NCBI GenBank assembly: GCA_963785725.1
Contig: CAWAWS010000016.1
Location: 416,001 to 480,000 of the forward strand
DNA: 64,000 nucleotides
Origin: an uncultured delta proteobacterium
Lineage (GTDB): Bacteria; Myxococcota_A; Polyangia; Palsa-1104
Direction of reading: 5' to 3'
Below, one piece after another: positions 1 to 21,017 of this stretch. How positions within the stretch are numbered: the first letter of the stretch is position 1; every line of letters starts with the position of its first letter. Under the pieces are notes generated by a model, which searched no databases, was not told the DNA's origin, and worked only from the letters and a program-made list of their open reading frames with translations. The position numbers were made by a program, and so were the translations under genes.

Positions 1-339
1 TCTCCGCGATCGCATAGGCCGACAACGCGTTGGCCGCGCCCGACACCGTCGCCGTCACCAGCTTTCCGGCCGCGGCCGCGGCGAACAGCGCGATCCCGTA
101 ACATTCCGGGCGCACCTCGACGACGTAACCGGCCGAATCATCGGCGATACGCCTGCGAGCAGCAAGTCGTGAGGCTGCTCGCGCGAGCACGCGACCGACG
201 CCGACCGCGCGGGCCGATTTGCAAGCCGAATCGACAACGGTCCGGCCACCCGACCTGCTTGACTCACACATCAGCGATGTTGTAGTCAAGAATGCGAATT
301 TCAGCCCGACGAATGGGGTTCGGGTGAGGAGGAGCACAG

Positions 340-1725
340 ATGGCGGCGACGACTTCGGATGTGACCCCGCGACGGAACGGCTTCGAGTTTGCCGCGATGG
401 GTGCACCGCAGGCGCAAGGCGATTCGGACGAGGTCGCGCGCTTGCGAGCGGCCGTTCAGACGCTCGCCGACATGGTGGTCGCGCACGGCGTGATGGATGC
501 GCGCACGTTGCATGCGCTGCTGGGTGATTTGGTCGAGGCGCCAGCCCGGCCGTCGCTGCCGCCGCCGGCAGCACCCGCGCCGTCGGTCACGGCCAAGCCG
601 GTCGCGCCGTCGCGACCGCTGGTCTCGCCGGCGCAGATCGGCGCCCGACCGCTCGTCTCGCCGGCGCAGATCGCGGCGCGACCGACGTCGTCGCGGCCGA
701 CGGTGCAGGCGCCGGTCGTCGCGCCGGCTCCCGTCGCGCCGGCTCCCGTCGCGCACGTCGCGCCGCAGGCTCCCGTCGTCGCGCCGCAGGCTTCTGCCGC
801 GCGTCCGACGGCGACGCCGGTCGCGCGAACGCCGGTCGCGTCAGCGCCGGTCGTCGCGCAGCCGGTTCACGCGCCCGTCGCGCAGCCGGTTCACGCGCCC
901 GTCGCGCAGCCGGTTCATGCGCCCGTCGCGCAGCCGGTTCATGCGCCAGTCGCGCAGCCGGTTCATGCGCCCGTCGCGCAGCCGGTTCACGCGCCCGTCG
1001 CGCAGCCGGTTCATGCGCCCGTCGCGCGGACGCAGCCGGTCGCGTCGGTCGAGGCGCCGGTCGTGCACGCGCCAAAGGCGGCGCCGACGCGCGCCGCGGC
1101 CAGCGCGCCGACGCTGATGGCGCCGGCGCCGGTCGTCGCGGCCGCGCCGAAGGCGGCTCACGATACGGACGCGGACTTGCCGGTCGTGCACGCCCCGGTC
1201 GTCCACGTCCCGACGCCGGTCGTCGTCGACGCGGCGCAGCTGCCGATCGTGCACGCGCCGATCGTGCACACGCCGGCGCCGCGCGCGCCCGTCGTCCACA
1301 CGCCGCAGCAGCGGTCGAAGAACCCGTTCGACGCGAGCTTGGCTGCCGTCGATGTCGAGGCCGCGCTCAACGCGCCCGACGCGCCGTCGCCGACGCCGGG
1401 CGGCTTCTTCGGCCGGCTGTTCAACCGCAAGAAGGCGTCGCCGGCGCAAGTGGCGGCCGAAGCGACCTCGATCGAGTTCACCGAGCGTGTGCCGCGGCTG
1501 CCCGACGGCGATCGCGACGGTCTCTACAGCGAGCAGCAGCGCGCCACCGAGCTCAGCTTCCCACCGACCGAGCCGCCGGCGCCGAAGCCGCGCGCCGCCG
1601 CGAGCAAGCGCACGCGCGGCGCCCGCCCCGCCGCCGAAGCCGCGCCGTCGCGCTTTTGCGACCGCTGCTGGCGCCGGATGGACGCGTCCGGCACGTGCAA
1701 GACCTGCAGCAGCCCCGCCTCGTAA
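340..1725 (+). CDS. Pro/Ala/Val-rich low-complexity protein with tandem repeats and a C-terminal Cys4 zinc-ribbon-like motif
   Basis: 461-aa ORF; GAGGAGGAG RBS just upstream; (VAQPVHAP)x7; ends in CDRC...CKTC. Confidence 0.75.
   Translation: MAATTSDVTPRRNGFEFAAMGAPQAQGDSDEVARLRAAVQTLADMVVAHGVMDARTLHALLGDLVEAPARPSLPPPAAPAPSVTAKPVAPSRPLVSPAQIGARPLVSPAQIAARPTSSRPTVQAPVVAPAPVAPAPVAHVAPQAPVVAPQASAARPTATPVARTPVASAPVVAQPVHAPVAQPVHAPVAQPVHAPVAQPVHAPVAQPVHAPVAQPVHAPVAQPVHAPVARTQPVASVEAPVVHAPKAAPTRAAASAPTLMAPAPVVAAAPKAAHDTDADLPVVHAPVVHVPTPVVVDAAQLPIVHAPIVHTPAPRAPVVHTPQQRSKNPFDASLAAVDVEAALNAPDAPSPTPGGFFGRLFNRKKASPAQVAAEATSIEFTERVPRLPDGDRDGLYSEQQRATELSFPPTEPPAPKPRAAASKRTRGARPAAEAAPSRFCDRCWRRMDASGTCKTCSSPAS
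853..1020 (+). repeat. 24-bp in-frame tandem repeat, 7 copies (GTCGCGCAGCCGGTTCAYGCGCCM)
   Basis: Directly visible; only synonymous third-position differences between copies. Confidence 0.95.
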
Positions 1726-1831
1726 TCGTTACGCCCGCCTCGACTTCGCACGACTGACAGCTGCTGATGCGCGCGATAGACGTTGCCCGACCGTCGCGCT
1801 CGGCCGCGTGTCGGCATGCTACGGTTGCGCC

Positions 1832-3547
1832 GTGCGCCGTTCGCCGCTCGTCGCTGCCGTCATGGCCGCCTTCGTTGTCGTCGCTGCCGCCGATATCGCA
1901 AACGCCGCGCCGCCGCGCCGTCCGCGCGCGCCGGTCGTCATCGCGCTCGTGGTCGATCAGCTGGCCGCCTGGATCGCCGACGAGCGCTGGCCGCTCCTGC
2001 CGGCCACGGGCGGCTTTGCGCGGCTGCGCCGTGAAGGCACGTGGGCACACGCCCTCGTCTATCCGTACGCCGTCAGCGACACCGCGCCCGGCCATGCAGC
2101 GCTGTTCACCGGCGCGCTCCCGCGCGACAACGGCATCTTCGGCAACGAAGTCGTCGACGACGCCGGCAAGCGGCTCGCCATCGTCCGCGATCCGGCGACG
2201 CGCATCCTCGCCAGCGACGGGCCGCGCGATCTGCCGTCGTCGTCGCTGCGCGCGCTCACGGTGCCGACGCTCGCCGACGCCTTGCGCGCCGCCCGGCCGA
2301 ACGCGACGATCATCGCGCTGTCGCTCAAAGATCGCGCGGCGCTCATGGGCGGCGGCCGCAACCCGACGGCGGCGCTGTGGTTCGAGACGAGCTTGGGCCG
2401 CTTCGTGACCTCGACGGCGGTCATGCGCGCCTTTCCCGAGTGGGCGCTGCCGATCGTCGGGCCCGACTTCCTACGCGCGCAGCTGGCACGGGTGTGGCAG
2501 CCGCTCGACACCGCATTCATCGCCGCGCACGCCGCCACGCCCGACGCGCAGCCCGGCGAAGGCGATCTCGAGGGTCTGGGCACGACGTTCCCGCACTCGC
2601 TGGCGGCGACGAGCGATCCGGCGCGCGCCTTCCGTTCGACGCCGTTTGCCGACGAGGCGCTGTTGCAGCTGGCGCTGGCCGCCGTCGATCAGCGCCGCGC
2701 CGACGAGCCGCTCCTCCTGGCCGTGTCGTTGTCGGCGAACGACTACGTCAGCCACACGTTCGGCCCCGATTCGTGGGAAGCCTGGGACGAGCTCCTGCGC
2801 CTGGACGCGGCGTTGGCCCGCTTCTTCGCCGCGCTCGACGACAAATTGGGCGCCGATGGCTGGTCGGCGCTGCTCTCGGCCGATCACGGCGCCGGGACGC
2901 TGCCCGAAGCCGCGGCCCTGGCGCGTCGGTGGTGCGCGCAGCCCGGCGCCGTCGATCGGTATCAGCGGCCATGCGGCGCCGCCGGCCGCATCCTGCTCGA
3001 GGAGCTCGCCGACGAGCTGCGCGCCGTCGCTCGCAAGACGCTCGGCGACGCCGACGAGCAAGGCTGGATCGGCGGCGTCGCCGATCCGTACGTCTACGTC
3101 TCGCCGGCCGCGCGCGCCCTCGACGCGCGGCGCCGCCGGCAGCTCGACGACGCGCTGACCACGTTCCTACGCGCGCACGCCGGCGTCGCCGCCGTGTTCG
3201 ACGCGCGCCATCCGCCGGCGCGCTGCTCGAGCGGCGGGGAAGACATCGCCGCGCTCGTCTGCCGCTCGATGCCGCGCAGCGTGCCCGGCGAGCTCTACGT
3301 CGCGCTCGCGCCCGGCTGGTTCTTCGACCCCGACGTCGTCGTCGGCAAGGGGTCGAGCCACGGCTCCGCCTATCGCTACAATCGCGTCGTGCCGCTCGTC
3401 GTCCGCGCGCCCGGTCGCGTTCCCGCCGGCCGCAGCCTCGACGACGAGATCGGCCCGGCTGCTTACGCGCGTACGGCGGCCGCGCTGCTCGGCGTGCCGC
3501 CGCCGCCGGCCGCGCGCGCCGGCCGCGACCTCAGCCGTTCGCCGTAG
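1832..3547 (+). CDS. Alkaline phosphatase superfamily protein (PafA-like), secreted
   Basis: Motifs VVDQL, DTAPGHA (Thr nucleophile), SLKDRAA, DYVSHTFGPDS, SADHG, HGS; signal-peptide-like N-terminus from GTG 1832. Confidence 0.85.
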   Translation: MRRSPLVAAVMAAFVVVAAADIANAAPPRRPRAPVVIALVVDQLAAWIADERWPLLPATGGFARLRREGTWAHALVYPYAVSDTAPGHAALFTGALPRDNGIFGNEVVDDAGKRLAIVRDPATRILASDGPRDLPSSSLRALTVPTLADALRAARPNATIIALSLKDRAALMGGGRNPTAALWFETSLGRFVTSTAVMRAFPEWALPIVGPDFLRAQLARVWQPLDTAFIAAHAATPDAQPGEGDLEGLGTTFPHSLAATSDPARAFRSTPFADEALLQLALAAVDQRRADEPLLLAVSLSANDYVSHTFGPDSWEAWDELLRLDAALARFFAALDDKLGADGWSALLSADHGAGTLPEAAALARRWCAQPGAVDRYQRPCGAAGRILLEELADELRAVARKTLGDADEQGWIGGVADPYVYVSPAARALDARRRRQLDDALTTFLRAHAGVAAVFDARHPPARCSSGGEDIAALVCRSMPRSVPGELYVALAPGWFFDPDVVVGKGSSHGSAYRYNRVVPLVVRAPGRVPAGRSLDDEIGPAAYARTAAALLGVPPPPAARAGRDLSRSP

Positions 3548-3629
3548 CCGAGCCCGACGAGCCGCGCCCGCAACGACGATAAGCGCTGGCGAAGACGCCG
3601 TGTAATCGTGTTATCGTAAACGGCGGGCC

Positions 3630-4163
3630 ATGTCGACGTCGACTCCCGAGGACTGGCACGCGCTCGCCGAATCGCACAGCCGCGAAGGCTTTGCCGCTGC
3701 GTTCGACCACCCCTTTCTGCTGGCGCTGACGGGCGTCGACGTGGCGCCGCGGCCGATGCCGACGCTGCGGCTGCCCAACGGCGTGGCCGAAATCCAAGCG
3801 GCGCTCTTGGCCGAGCGGCGGCGCTTGGCGACGGGCGAGCGGCTCTCGCCGGTCATGCCCATCCGCAAGGTGCAGACGACGTTCCCGAGCATGATCACGC
3901 TCGGACGCGCCAAGAACAACGACTTGTGCGTGCCCGACACGCTGGTCTCGAAGTTTCACGCGTTCTTCGTGCGCCGCCCCGACGGACAATGGACGCTCGC
4001 CGACGCCGGCTCGGCCAACGGCACGCGCATCGGCGACCGCGAGCTCGTCCCCAAAGGCCCGGCCGAGCTCCTGCGCTCCGGCGACAAGGTGCGCTTCGGC
4101 GTGACGACGTTCTCGTTCTTCGACGCCGTCGGCCTGTGGTCCGCGCTGCACGGCCACCGCTAA
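3630..4163 (+). CDS. FHA domain protein
   Basis: ITLGR...VSKFHA...DAGSANGT FHA signature. Confidence 0.9.
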   Translation: MSTSTPEDWHALAESHSREGFAAAFDHPFLLALTGVDVAPRPMPTLRLPNGVAEIQAALLAERRRLATGERLSPVMPIRKVQTTFPSMITLGRAKNNDLCVPDTLVSKFHAFFVRRPDGQWTLADAGSANGTRIGDRELVPKGPAELLRSGDKVRFGVTTFSFFDAVGLWSALHGHR

Positions 4164-4188
4164 CGGCAGTGTCGCTAGGAATTGCGGC

Positions 4189-5417
4189 TTACTTGCCGAC
4201 GATGAAGACGCAGCTGGTCGTGCCGCTGCCGCCGATGTTCAGCGTCGCGATGGTGCGGGCGCCGTCGACCTGGTAGTCGCCGGCCTGGCCGGTCGTCTGC
4301 AAGTAGGCGTCGAGCAACTGGCGCACGCCGGTGGCGCCGACGGGATGGCCGCGCCGATGAGCCCGCCCGACGCGTTGATCGGCAGCTTGCCGGCGCGATC
4401 GATGACCCCCTCCTCGACCGCCTTCCACGACTCGCCGGGCTCGGTGATGCCGAAGTGATCGATCGCCATGTACTCGCTCGTCGTGAAGCAGTCGTGCGTC
4501 TCGATGCCGTCGAGCGCCCAGCAGTCGGCGATGCCGGCGCGGGCAAAAGCGTCGGTGATGGCCCGGCGCGTCTGCGGCAAGACGTAGGCGTCGCCGCGGC
4601 TCTCGGCGACTTTGGCGTCGAACGTGAGCGGCGCCGTGTGATGGCCCCAGCCGCGGATCGTCGGCACGTCCTGCAGCGACAGGCCGCGCCGGCTCGCCCA
4701 CGCGCGCGCGAAGTCTTCGGCGGCGAGGAACAAGCTGACGGCGCCGTCGGTGACCTGCGAGCAGTCGCTGACCTTGATGCGCCCGCCGATGACCGCGTTG
4801 TAGCTGTCGGCGCGGCTGGCGTGCTCGTCGTTCATGTACCAGGTGCGCGTCTGCGCTTTGGGATTGCGGCGCGCGTTGTCGTAGTTGATGGCGCTGATGC
4901 GGCCCAAGTATTTGTCGTCGAGGCCGTAGCGCTCGTCGTATTCGTCGCCGAGGCGACCGAACAGCTTCGGGAACGGGAACTCGACGCCTTTGGCCTCGCG
5001 CTCGTACCAAGCCGCCGTGCCGAGATAGTCGCCGCCGACGGTCGGGCTGACCGTCTTCATCTGCTCGACGCCGACGACGAGCGCGCAGCGATAGCGGCCG
5101 GCTTCGATCTCGGCCGCGGCCGCGAAAGCGGCGATCGAGCCCGACGCGCAGGCCGCTTCGTGACGACCGGTGGGCAGCCCCGAGAACGCCGGATCGACGT
5201 CGACGAGGAACGCGCCCAGGTGACCTTGCATCGCGTACAGCTCGGCCGCGAAGTTGCCGACGTGGCCGACGTCGATCTGCGCCGGCTCGATGCCCGTCGC
5301 CGCCAAGCCGCCGACGACCGCCTCGCGAATGAGCGCCGAGATGTGCTTGCCCTCCTTCGTCCAATTGCGCGCGAAGTCGGTCTGAAAACCGCCGAGAATG
5401 TAGACAGGTCGCGTCAT
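4189..5417 (-). CDS. Thiolase / acetyl-CoA acyltransferase (HDCF, SCP2-thiolase-like type); frameshift near 4352
   Basis: EAACASG, ETHDCF, and [14 protein letters not shown] split across two frames; C-terminus LNIGGSG...VGK* at 4189. Confidence 0.9.
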
Positions 5418-5418
5418 C

Positions 5419-6666
5419 TCAGGCTCCGTGGAAGAAGCGACCCACGTCGACCCGAGTGGCGTCGAAGAGTCGCTGGTTACGTTCGGCGGCGTCGACGACG
5501 GCGCGCGGCACCGGCAGCCGCGCCGCGTCGAGCAGCTGGACCGTGCGGCGGGCGCCGATGAGGTCGACGAGCGCGCCCGGCGGCGCCCAGTTGAAGCCGA
5601 AGCCCATGATGCGATCGACGTCGGCTACGCGCTCGACCACCTCGCCGACGCGGTTTAGACCGTAGCTGACGTAGCCCAAGATCACGCGGCGCATGAGCTC
5701 GGCGTCGGCACCGTCGGCGGTGGCGAAGAGGTCGAACGCCTCGCGATAGCGGCCAACGTGATGCAGCGCCTTCATCTGCTGCGCGAGGTCGGGCATGTCG
5801 AGGCTCCGCTTGTCGGACTTCTTGAAGAAGCCCCCCTTGTGCGGCGTCTTGTCGCCGAGCACGCCGGCGGCGATCTGCGCCCGCATCGCGCGCGGCAAGG
5901 CAAAGGCTGCGTGCGCCTCGTCGCGTGTGTTGGCGAAGACGTTGTCGACGATGGCGGCGTGCACGTCCCAGCCGACGAAGTCGATCGTGGCCAACGGCGC
6001 CATGGCGCGGCCGGTGTGCGGGCCGAGTAGACCATCGATATAGGCGGCGCCGTGGATCTCGGCCAGCTGCGCGCACTCGTTCAGGACCTTGAAGCCGACG
6101 CGATTGCCGCAAAACGCCGGCGTGTCGCTGGTGCGCGTAAGCTCGCGGCCGAGCCGGCCGCGCAAGAGCGCGTCGACGGCGGCGGTGACGGCCGGGTCGG
6201 TGCCGGCGTGCGGAATCAGCTCGCAGCCGACGATGACGTTGGGCGGATTGAAGAAGTGGATGCCCAAGAAATGGCGCGCGAAGCTCTCGCCGCCCGTCGC
6301 CGCCATGCTGGCGATCGACAAGCCGGAGCTGACGGTGGCGACGATCGCGTCGGCGCGGCGGTGCCGATCGATCTGCGCGAAATAGACCTGCTTCAGCGCC
6401 AGATCTTCGGACACGGCTTCGAAGACCAGATCGGCGTCGGGCAGCTCGCGCGCCAAATCGTCGTCGTACGAGCCGATGCGAATGAAGCGCGACAGCGCCG
6501 TCGACTTGGCCAGCTTCTCGGCGCGCGCGCGACCTTCGCCGGCTTTGTCGCGCGTGCGGGCCAGGAAGACGGTCTCGATGCCGGCGGCCGCGAAGACCTC
6601 GCCCGAGCCGGCGCCCATCGCGCCGTTGGCGCCGAGCACGACCACTTTGCGGACTTCTCGCGTCAT
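5419..6666 (-). CDS. 3-hydroxyacyl-CoA dehydrogenase family protein
   Basis: GANGAMG Rossmann motif, [19 protein letters not shown]; directly upstream of the thiolase. Confidence 0.88.
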   Translation of the reverse strand: MTREVRKVVVLGANGAMGAGSGEVFAAAGIETVFLARTRDKAGEGRARAEKLAKSTALSRFIRIGSYDDDLARELPDADLVFEAVSEDLALKQVYFAQIDRHRRADAIVATVSSGLSIASMAATGGESFARHFLGIHFFNPPNVIVGCELIPHAGTDPAVTAAVDALLRGRLGRELTRTSDTPAFCGNRVGFKVLNECAQLAEIHGAAYIDGLLGPHTGRAMAPLATIDFVGWDVHAAIVDNVFANTRDEAHAAFALPRAMRAQIAAGVLGDKTPHKGGFFKKSDKRSLDMPDLAQQMKALHHVGRYREAFDLFATADGADAELMRRVILGYVSYGLNRVGEVVERVADVDRIMGFGFNWAPPGALVDLIGARRTVQLLDAARLPVPRAVVDAAERNQRLFDATRVDVGRFFHGA

Positions 6667-6696
6667 GACGTCAGTCGTGCGCGCGGCGATCCACGA

Positions 6697-6822
6697 TGTC
6701 AATCAGTTAACCGCTTTGAAAAGGGCGAGCGGATCGTCGCTGGCTCGGCTTATGCCGGGAGATGTCACGAGTTATCGCCGCAGTCGATTGACGGCGATTT
6801 TCAAGCTCTGTTAATCAGTCAA
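6697..6822. promoter_or_regulatory. Two copies of TGTYAATCAGTYAA (6697-6710, 6809-6822); putative repressor operators
   Basis: AT-rich quasi-palindromic 14-mer repeated in the divergent intergenic region; the first copy contains TTGACA on the minus strand. Confidence 0.5.
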
Positions 6823-7024
6823 TCATGAACGGTCGTCAAACTTCGTGGCGGCTGTCGCGTCCACGATCGATCGGCAGCGCGTCGCGCCGAGACCGCTCAG
6901 GTGCCTGCTCGAGCTGCCGGCGAAGGCTCGCGAACAGGCGCAGGAAATTGTTTCAGACGCGTAAAATCCCTTTACGTTCCAGTTTTCGTATAGCGCGACG
7001 CGTCACGCGGAGTAAGCTCACATC

Positions 7025-13035
<6,011 letters not shown>

Positions 13036-13046
13036 CGGCGACGCAG

Positions 13047-15512
<2,466 letters not shown>

Positions 15513-15516
15513 GTGC

Positions 15517-17385
15517 TCAGCGCCGCCGTCCGTGGCCGAGCTGCGCGGCCAGGTGCGCGGCGCGCTTCTTCACGCGCGGATTGGGCGACGAGCGGGCCGC
15601 GCGCCGCACCTCGCCGAGCGCGGCCGAGCCGAGCCGGAACTTGATGACCGCGCGCGCCAGCCGATACGTCGGGTCGTCGAGCGCGCTCACGGCGTTGCGC
15701 TGCAGCAGCTGATTGCGCTTGAGCGCCGGCTCCAGCTTCACCGCCGCATCGTATTCGCGCAGGCCGTCGGTGCGCCACAGCTTGCGGAAATAGGCGTGGC
15801 CGAGCAGCAGCGCCGCGCCCGCGTTGCGCGTCGAGTGGCTGCGCACGTCGTACAGGACCTTGATGGCCTCGTCGACGTGGCCGGCGGCGAGCAGCTTCTG
15901 GGCGTCGCGCGTCGTCAGCGGCTTGGCGTGCGCCGGCGCCGACATGGGCGGGCGCGCCGGCGTCGTGCCGCTCGGCGTGCCGACGATCTCCTGCTCCAAC
16001 CGCGCGCCCGGCGTGTCTTTGGGCGCAATCGGCTCTTCGACGGCGTCATCATCATCGTCGTCGTCATCCGCCTTGCCCGCGTTGTCGTTCGCCGGCGGCG
16101 TCGGCGTCTGCTCCGGCACCGGCGGCGGCGTCGGCGCGCTCGCCGGCGGCGGCGGCTCCGCTTTGGCGACGACCGGCGGCTTCGTCTCGACCGGCGCGTT
16201 CGTCTTCGCCGGCACGTTCGTCGGCTTGCCCGTCGACGGCTTGACCGGTCGGGCCGTCGGCGGCGCCGTCGGATCATTCGGGTCGAGCGCGTTGCCCGCC
16301 AGCTTCACCGCTTCGCCGACGTGACGCCGCACGTTCTGCTGCTGCCGGCGCGACAAATGCGACCACGTCGCGACCACGCCCGCCGCGACCAGCCCGGCCA
16401 CGACGACGCGCCCGATGAGCCGCGCGCGCGCCCGCTTGACCCGCAGCCGCGCCGGCGGCACGTCGTCGATCGCCGGCGGCGCCTGCCCCGCCGCTTCCGG
16501 CGTCTGCGCCAGCGCCGCCGCGAAGTCGGCCGCCGTCTGCCAGCGCGCGCCCGGCTCCTTCTCGAGCGATCGCAAGATCACGCGCTCCAGCTCCGGGCTG
16601 CACGAGCGCGGCAAGAGCGCATTGGGCGACGGCGGTGCGTCATCCATGTGCATGCGCAGCACGGCCAGCGGCGAATCGGCCACGAACGGCTTTCGCCCGG
16701 TGACCATGTGGAACAAGATGACGCCGACGCCGTACAGGTCCGAGCGCTCGTCTGCTTCGGTGCCGCGCGCCTGCTCGGGTGACATGTAGCCGGGCGTGCC
16801 CATGGCGAAGCCGGTGTTCGTCAGCTGCGTCTCGCCGCTCGACACCACCTTGGCCAGCCCGAAGTCGAGGATCTTGACGAAATCCTCCTCGACGTCGGCC
16901 ATGACCAAGATGTTGTCGGGCTTGAGATCGCGGTGCACGACGCCCATGCCGTGGGCGTGCTTGACGCCGGCCAAGATCTGCCGCGTCAGCCCGACCGCGC
17001 GCGCCGCCGGCAGCGCGCCTTCCGACAACACCTCGGCCAGCGAGCGCCCGGACACGAAGTCCATGACGAGAAACGGCACGCCATTGGCCAACCCCGAATC
17101 GACGACGCTCACCAAGTGCGGATGCGCCAGCCGGCTCATCGCCGTCGCTTCGCGCTGAAAGCGCTTCACGAGATCGGGGATCGCCGCCAGCGCGTCGTGC
17201 AGGAACTTGATGGCGACCGGTTTGCCGATGGCGACGAGCTCGCCTTTGTAGACGACGCCCATGCCGCCGGCCGCCAACCGCTGATCGAGCCGGTAGCGAC
17301 CTTCGAGCAACGTGCCAATGCGCGGGATCGGAGAGCTCTGCCATGCGAAACGTCCGATTTTAACCCGCTTCGGCTTTCGGTTCAC
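15517..17385 (-). CDS. Membrane Ser/Thr kinase with Pro-rich linker and C-terminal TPR/helical domain
   Basis: LAAGGMG, HRDLKPDN, DFG, GTPGYMSPE; TM segment; TPR-like LLLGHAYFRKLW. Confidence 0.92.
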   Translation of the reverse strand: MNRKPKRVKIGRFAWQSSPIPRIGTLLEGRYRLDQRLAAGGMGVVYKGELVAIGKPVAIKFLHDALAAIPDLVKRFQREATAMSRLAHPHLVSVVDSGLANGVPFLVMDFVSGRSLAEVLSEGALPAARAVGLTRQILAGVKHAHGMGVVHRDLKPDNILVMADVEEDFVKILDFGLAKVVSSGETQLTNTGFAMGTPGYMSPEQARGTEADERSDLYGVGVILFHMVTGRKPFVADSPLAVLRMHMDDAPPSPNALLPRSCSPELERVILRSLEKEPGARWQTAADFAAALAQTPEAAGQAPPAIDDVPPARLRVKRARARLIGRVVVAGLVAAGVVATWSHLSRRQQQNVRRHVGEAVKLAGNALDPNDPTAPPTARPVKPSTGKPTNVPAKTNAPVETKPPVVAKAEPPPPASAPTPPPVPEQTPTPPANDNAGKADDDDDDDDAVEEPIAPKDTPGARLEQEIVGTPSGTTPARPPMSAPAHAKPLTTRDAQKLLAAGHVDEAIKVLYDVRSHSTRNAGAALLLGHAYFRKLWRTDGLREYDAAVKLEPALKRNQLLQRNAVSALDDPTYRLARAVIKFRLGSAALGEVRRAARSSPNPRVKKRAAHLAAQLGHGRRR

Positions 17386-17417
17386 GCTGCTAGACTGACT
17401 GTTATACTGGCGACCGA

Positions 17418-19302
<1,885 letters not shown>

Positions 19303-19311
19303 GATTCGCCG

Positions 19312-20067
19312 GTGGAGAGGCTCATCGTCGACGGCCAGCAGCTGGAGGTCGCGCGCATCGCCGGCCCAGCGCCGACGCTGGTCTTCTTGCACGAGGGGCT
19401 GGGCTCGGTGTCGGCCTGGCGCGACTTTCCGGCGACGCTGGCGCGCGCGACCGGCTTGGGCGCGTTCGTCTACAGCCGCGCCGGTTACGGCCGGTCGCAG
19501 CCGATCGTCCGCCCGCGCCCGCTCGACTTCATGCACCGCGAGGCGCGCCGGCTACACGAGCTCTTCGACCGCGCCGCCATCGACGACGCCATCTTGGTCG
19601 GCCACTCCGACGGCGGCTCCATCGCGCTCATCTACGCCGCCACGCTCGGCCAGCGCGTCCGCGCGCTCATCCTCGAGGCGCCGCACGTCTTCGTCGAGGA
19701 CTCCGGCCTCGCCGCCATCGCCGACGTGCGCAAACACTACGGCGACGGCGACTTGCGCGCCCGCCTCGCCCGCCATCACGCCGACGTCGACGGCGCCTTC
19801 TACGGCTGGAACGACGTCTGGCTCGATCCCGACTTCCGTCGCTGGAACCTCGAGTCGCTGTTGCCGGCGGTGCGCGTGCCGACGCTCGTCATCCAAGGCG
19901 TCGACGATCGCTTCGGCACGCTCGCGCAAGTCGACGCCATCGCCGCGCAGCTGGGCGCGCCCTGCGAAACGCTGGTCATGCCCGACTGCGGCCACGCGCC
20001 CCATCGCGACAAAGCCGCGCGCACGTTGGCGACGATGACCGATTTCGTGCGCCGTCAGCTGTCGTAG
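19312..20067 (+). CDS. Alpha/beta-fold hydrolase
   Basis: FLHEGLG, GHSDGG nucleophile elbow, CGHAPH. Confidence 0.9.
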   Translation: MERLIVDGQQLEVARIAGPAPTLVFLHEGLGSVSAWRDFPATLARATGLGAFVYSRAGYGRSQPIVRPRPLDFMHREARRLHELFDRAAIDDAILVGHSDGGSIALIYAATLGQRVRALILEAPHVFVEDSGLAAIADVRKHYGDGDLRARLARHHADVDGAFYGWNDVWLDPDFRRWNLESLLPAVRVPTLVIQGVDDRFGTLAQVDAIAAQLGAPCETLVMPDCGHAPHRDKAARTLATMTDFVRRQLS

Positions 20068-20130
20068 ACGCCCGTCGTGCACGCGTTTGACAGCTGCGCG
20101 GGGCGTGGCCCACAATTGTGCCCGAGACTC

Positions 20131-21009
20131 ATGCGCACCTCGTGGTCTAGCTTATTCGTCGTCTGCTCGCTCTTGATCGGCTGCGGCCGCACGAGCCTCC
20201 TCGGCACGCCCACCAGCGTCGGCAGCGGCGACGACCTCGCCGTCCGCGCCAAAGCCGGCGATGACCTCGCGCTCGGCTCGAGCCCGTGCGGCGGCCTGGT
20301 TTGCCCGCCCGGCCTGCAGTGTATCGACGGTCAATGTTGCGCCGACGTCCGCTGCTCGCCGCCCGTCGCCGGCTGCGGCCCGGACGCGCCGTGTCCCGCC
20401 GGCGACGCCTGCATCGCCGGCGCCTGCCTGCCCATCGTCGACGATCTCGCCGTCAACGCCAGCATCGACATGGCCGCGCCGACTCCGCCGGTCATCGTCG
20501 ACATGGCGGCGCCGACTCCGCCGGTCATCGTCGACATGGCGCGACCGCCGAGCGCGCCCGATCTCGCCGGCGGCTGCCGCAACGACTCGCAGTGCCCGAG
20601 CGGCGACACCTGCGATTGGCTCACCGGCAGCTGCATCGCGACGCAAGGCTGCAGCAACGACAACCAGTGCGCGCAAGACGCGGCCTGCATCGGCGGTCAA
20701 TGCCTGCCTATCACCGCCTGCTTGCCGGTCAACTTGCCGATCCCCGGCTTCGGCAGTTGCACCAGCGACGAACGCTGCGCCTTCCCGCCCGGCGTCTGCG
20801 TGCCCGTCGACAACTGCGGCAACGGCGTCGCCTGCCCGACGGGCGACAGCTGCGTCGCCGGCTACTGCCAGCCCAACCGCTGCACCAGCGACGACAGCTG
20901 CAACGACGGCTACGCCTGCGTCGCCGGCCGCTGCCAGGCGCGCCGTTATTGCGGCTTCCTCGATCCCTGCGCGCGCGGCCAACAGTGCGTCGCGCACGTC
21001 TGCCAGTAG
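20131..21009 (+). CDS. Cys-rich repeat lipoprotein
   Basis: LLIGC lipobox, many C-x5-C-x5-C-x4-C-type repeats; TTGACA-18-CACAAT at 20087-20116. Confidence 0.8.
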   Translation: MRTSWSSLFVVCSLLIGCGRTSLLGTPTSVGSGDDLAVRAKAGDDLALGSSPCGGLVCPPGLQCIDGQCCADVRCSPPVAGCGPDAPCPAGDACIAGACLPIVDDLAVNASIDMAAPTPPVIVDMAAPTPPVIVDMARPPSAPDLAGGCRNDSQCPSGDTCDWLTGSCIATQGCSNDNQCAQDAACIGGQCLPITACLPVNLPIPGFGSCTSDERCAFPPGVCVPVDNCGNGVACPTGDSCVAGYCQPNRCTSDDSCNDGYACVAGRCQARRYCGFLDPCARGQQCVAHVCQ

Positions 21010-21017
21010 CGCCTAAG

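Noticed and set aside
1..190. Possible 5' part of a minus-strand gene (VLARAASRL...GYVVEVRPECYGIALF...)
   Set aside because: The frame is open to the window edge but has no recognisable motif or clear start
853..1020. 24-bp repeats as a CRISPR array
   Set aside because: No spacers, in-frame with only synonymous variation, and no cas genes in the window
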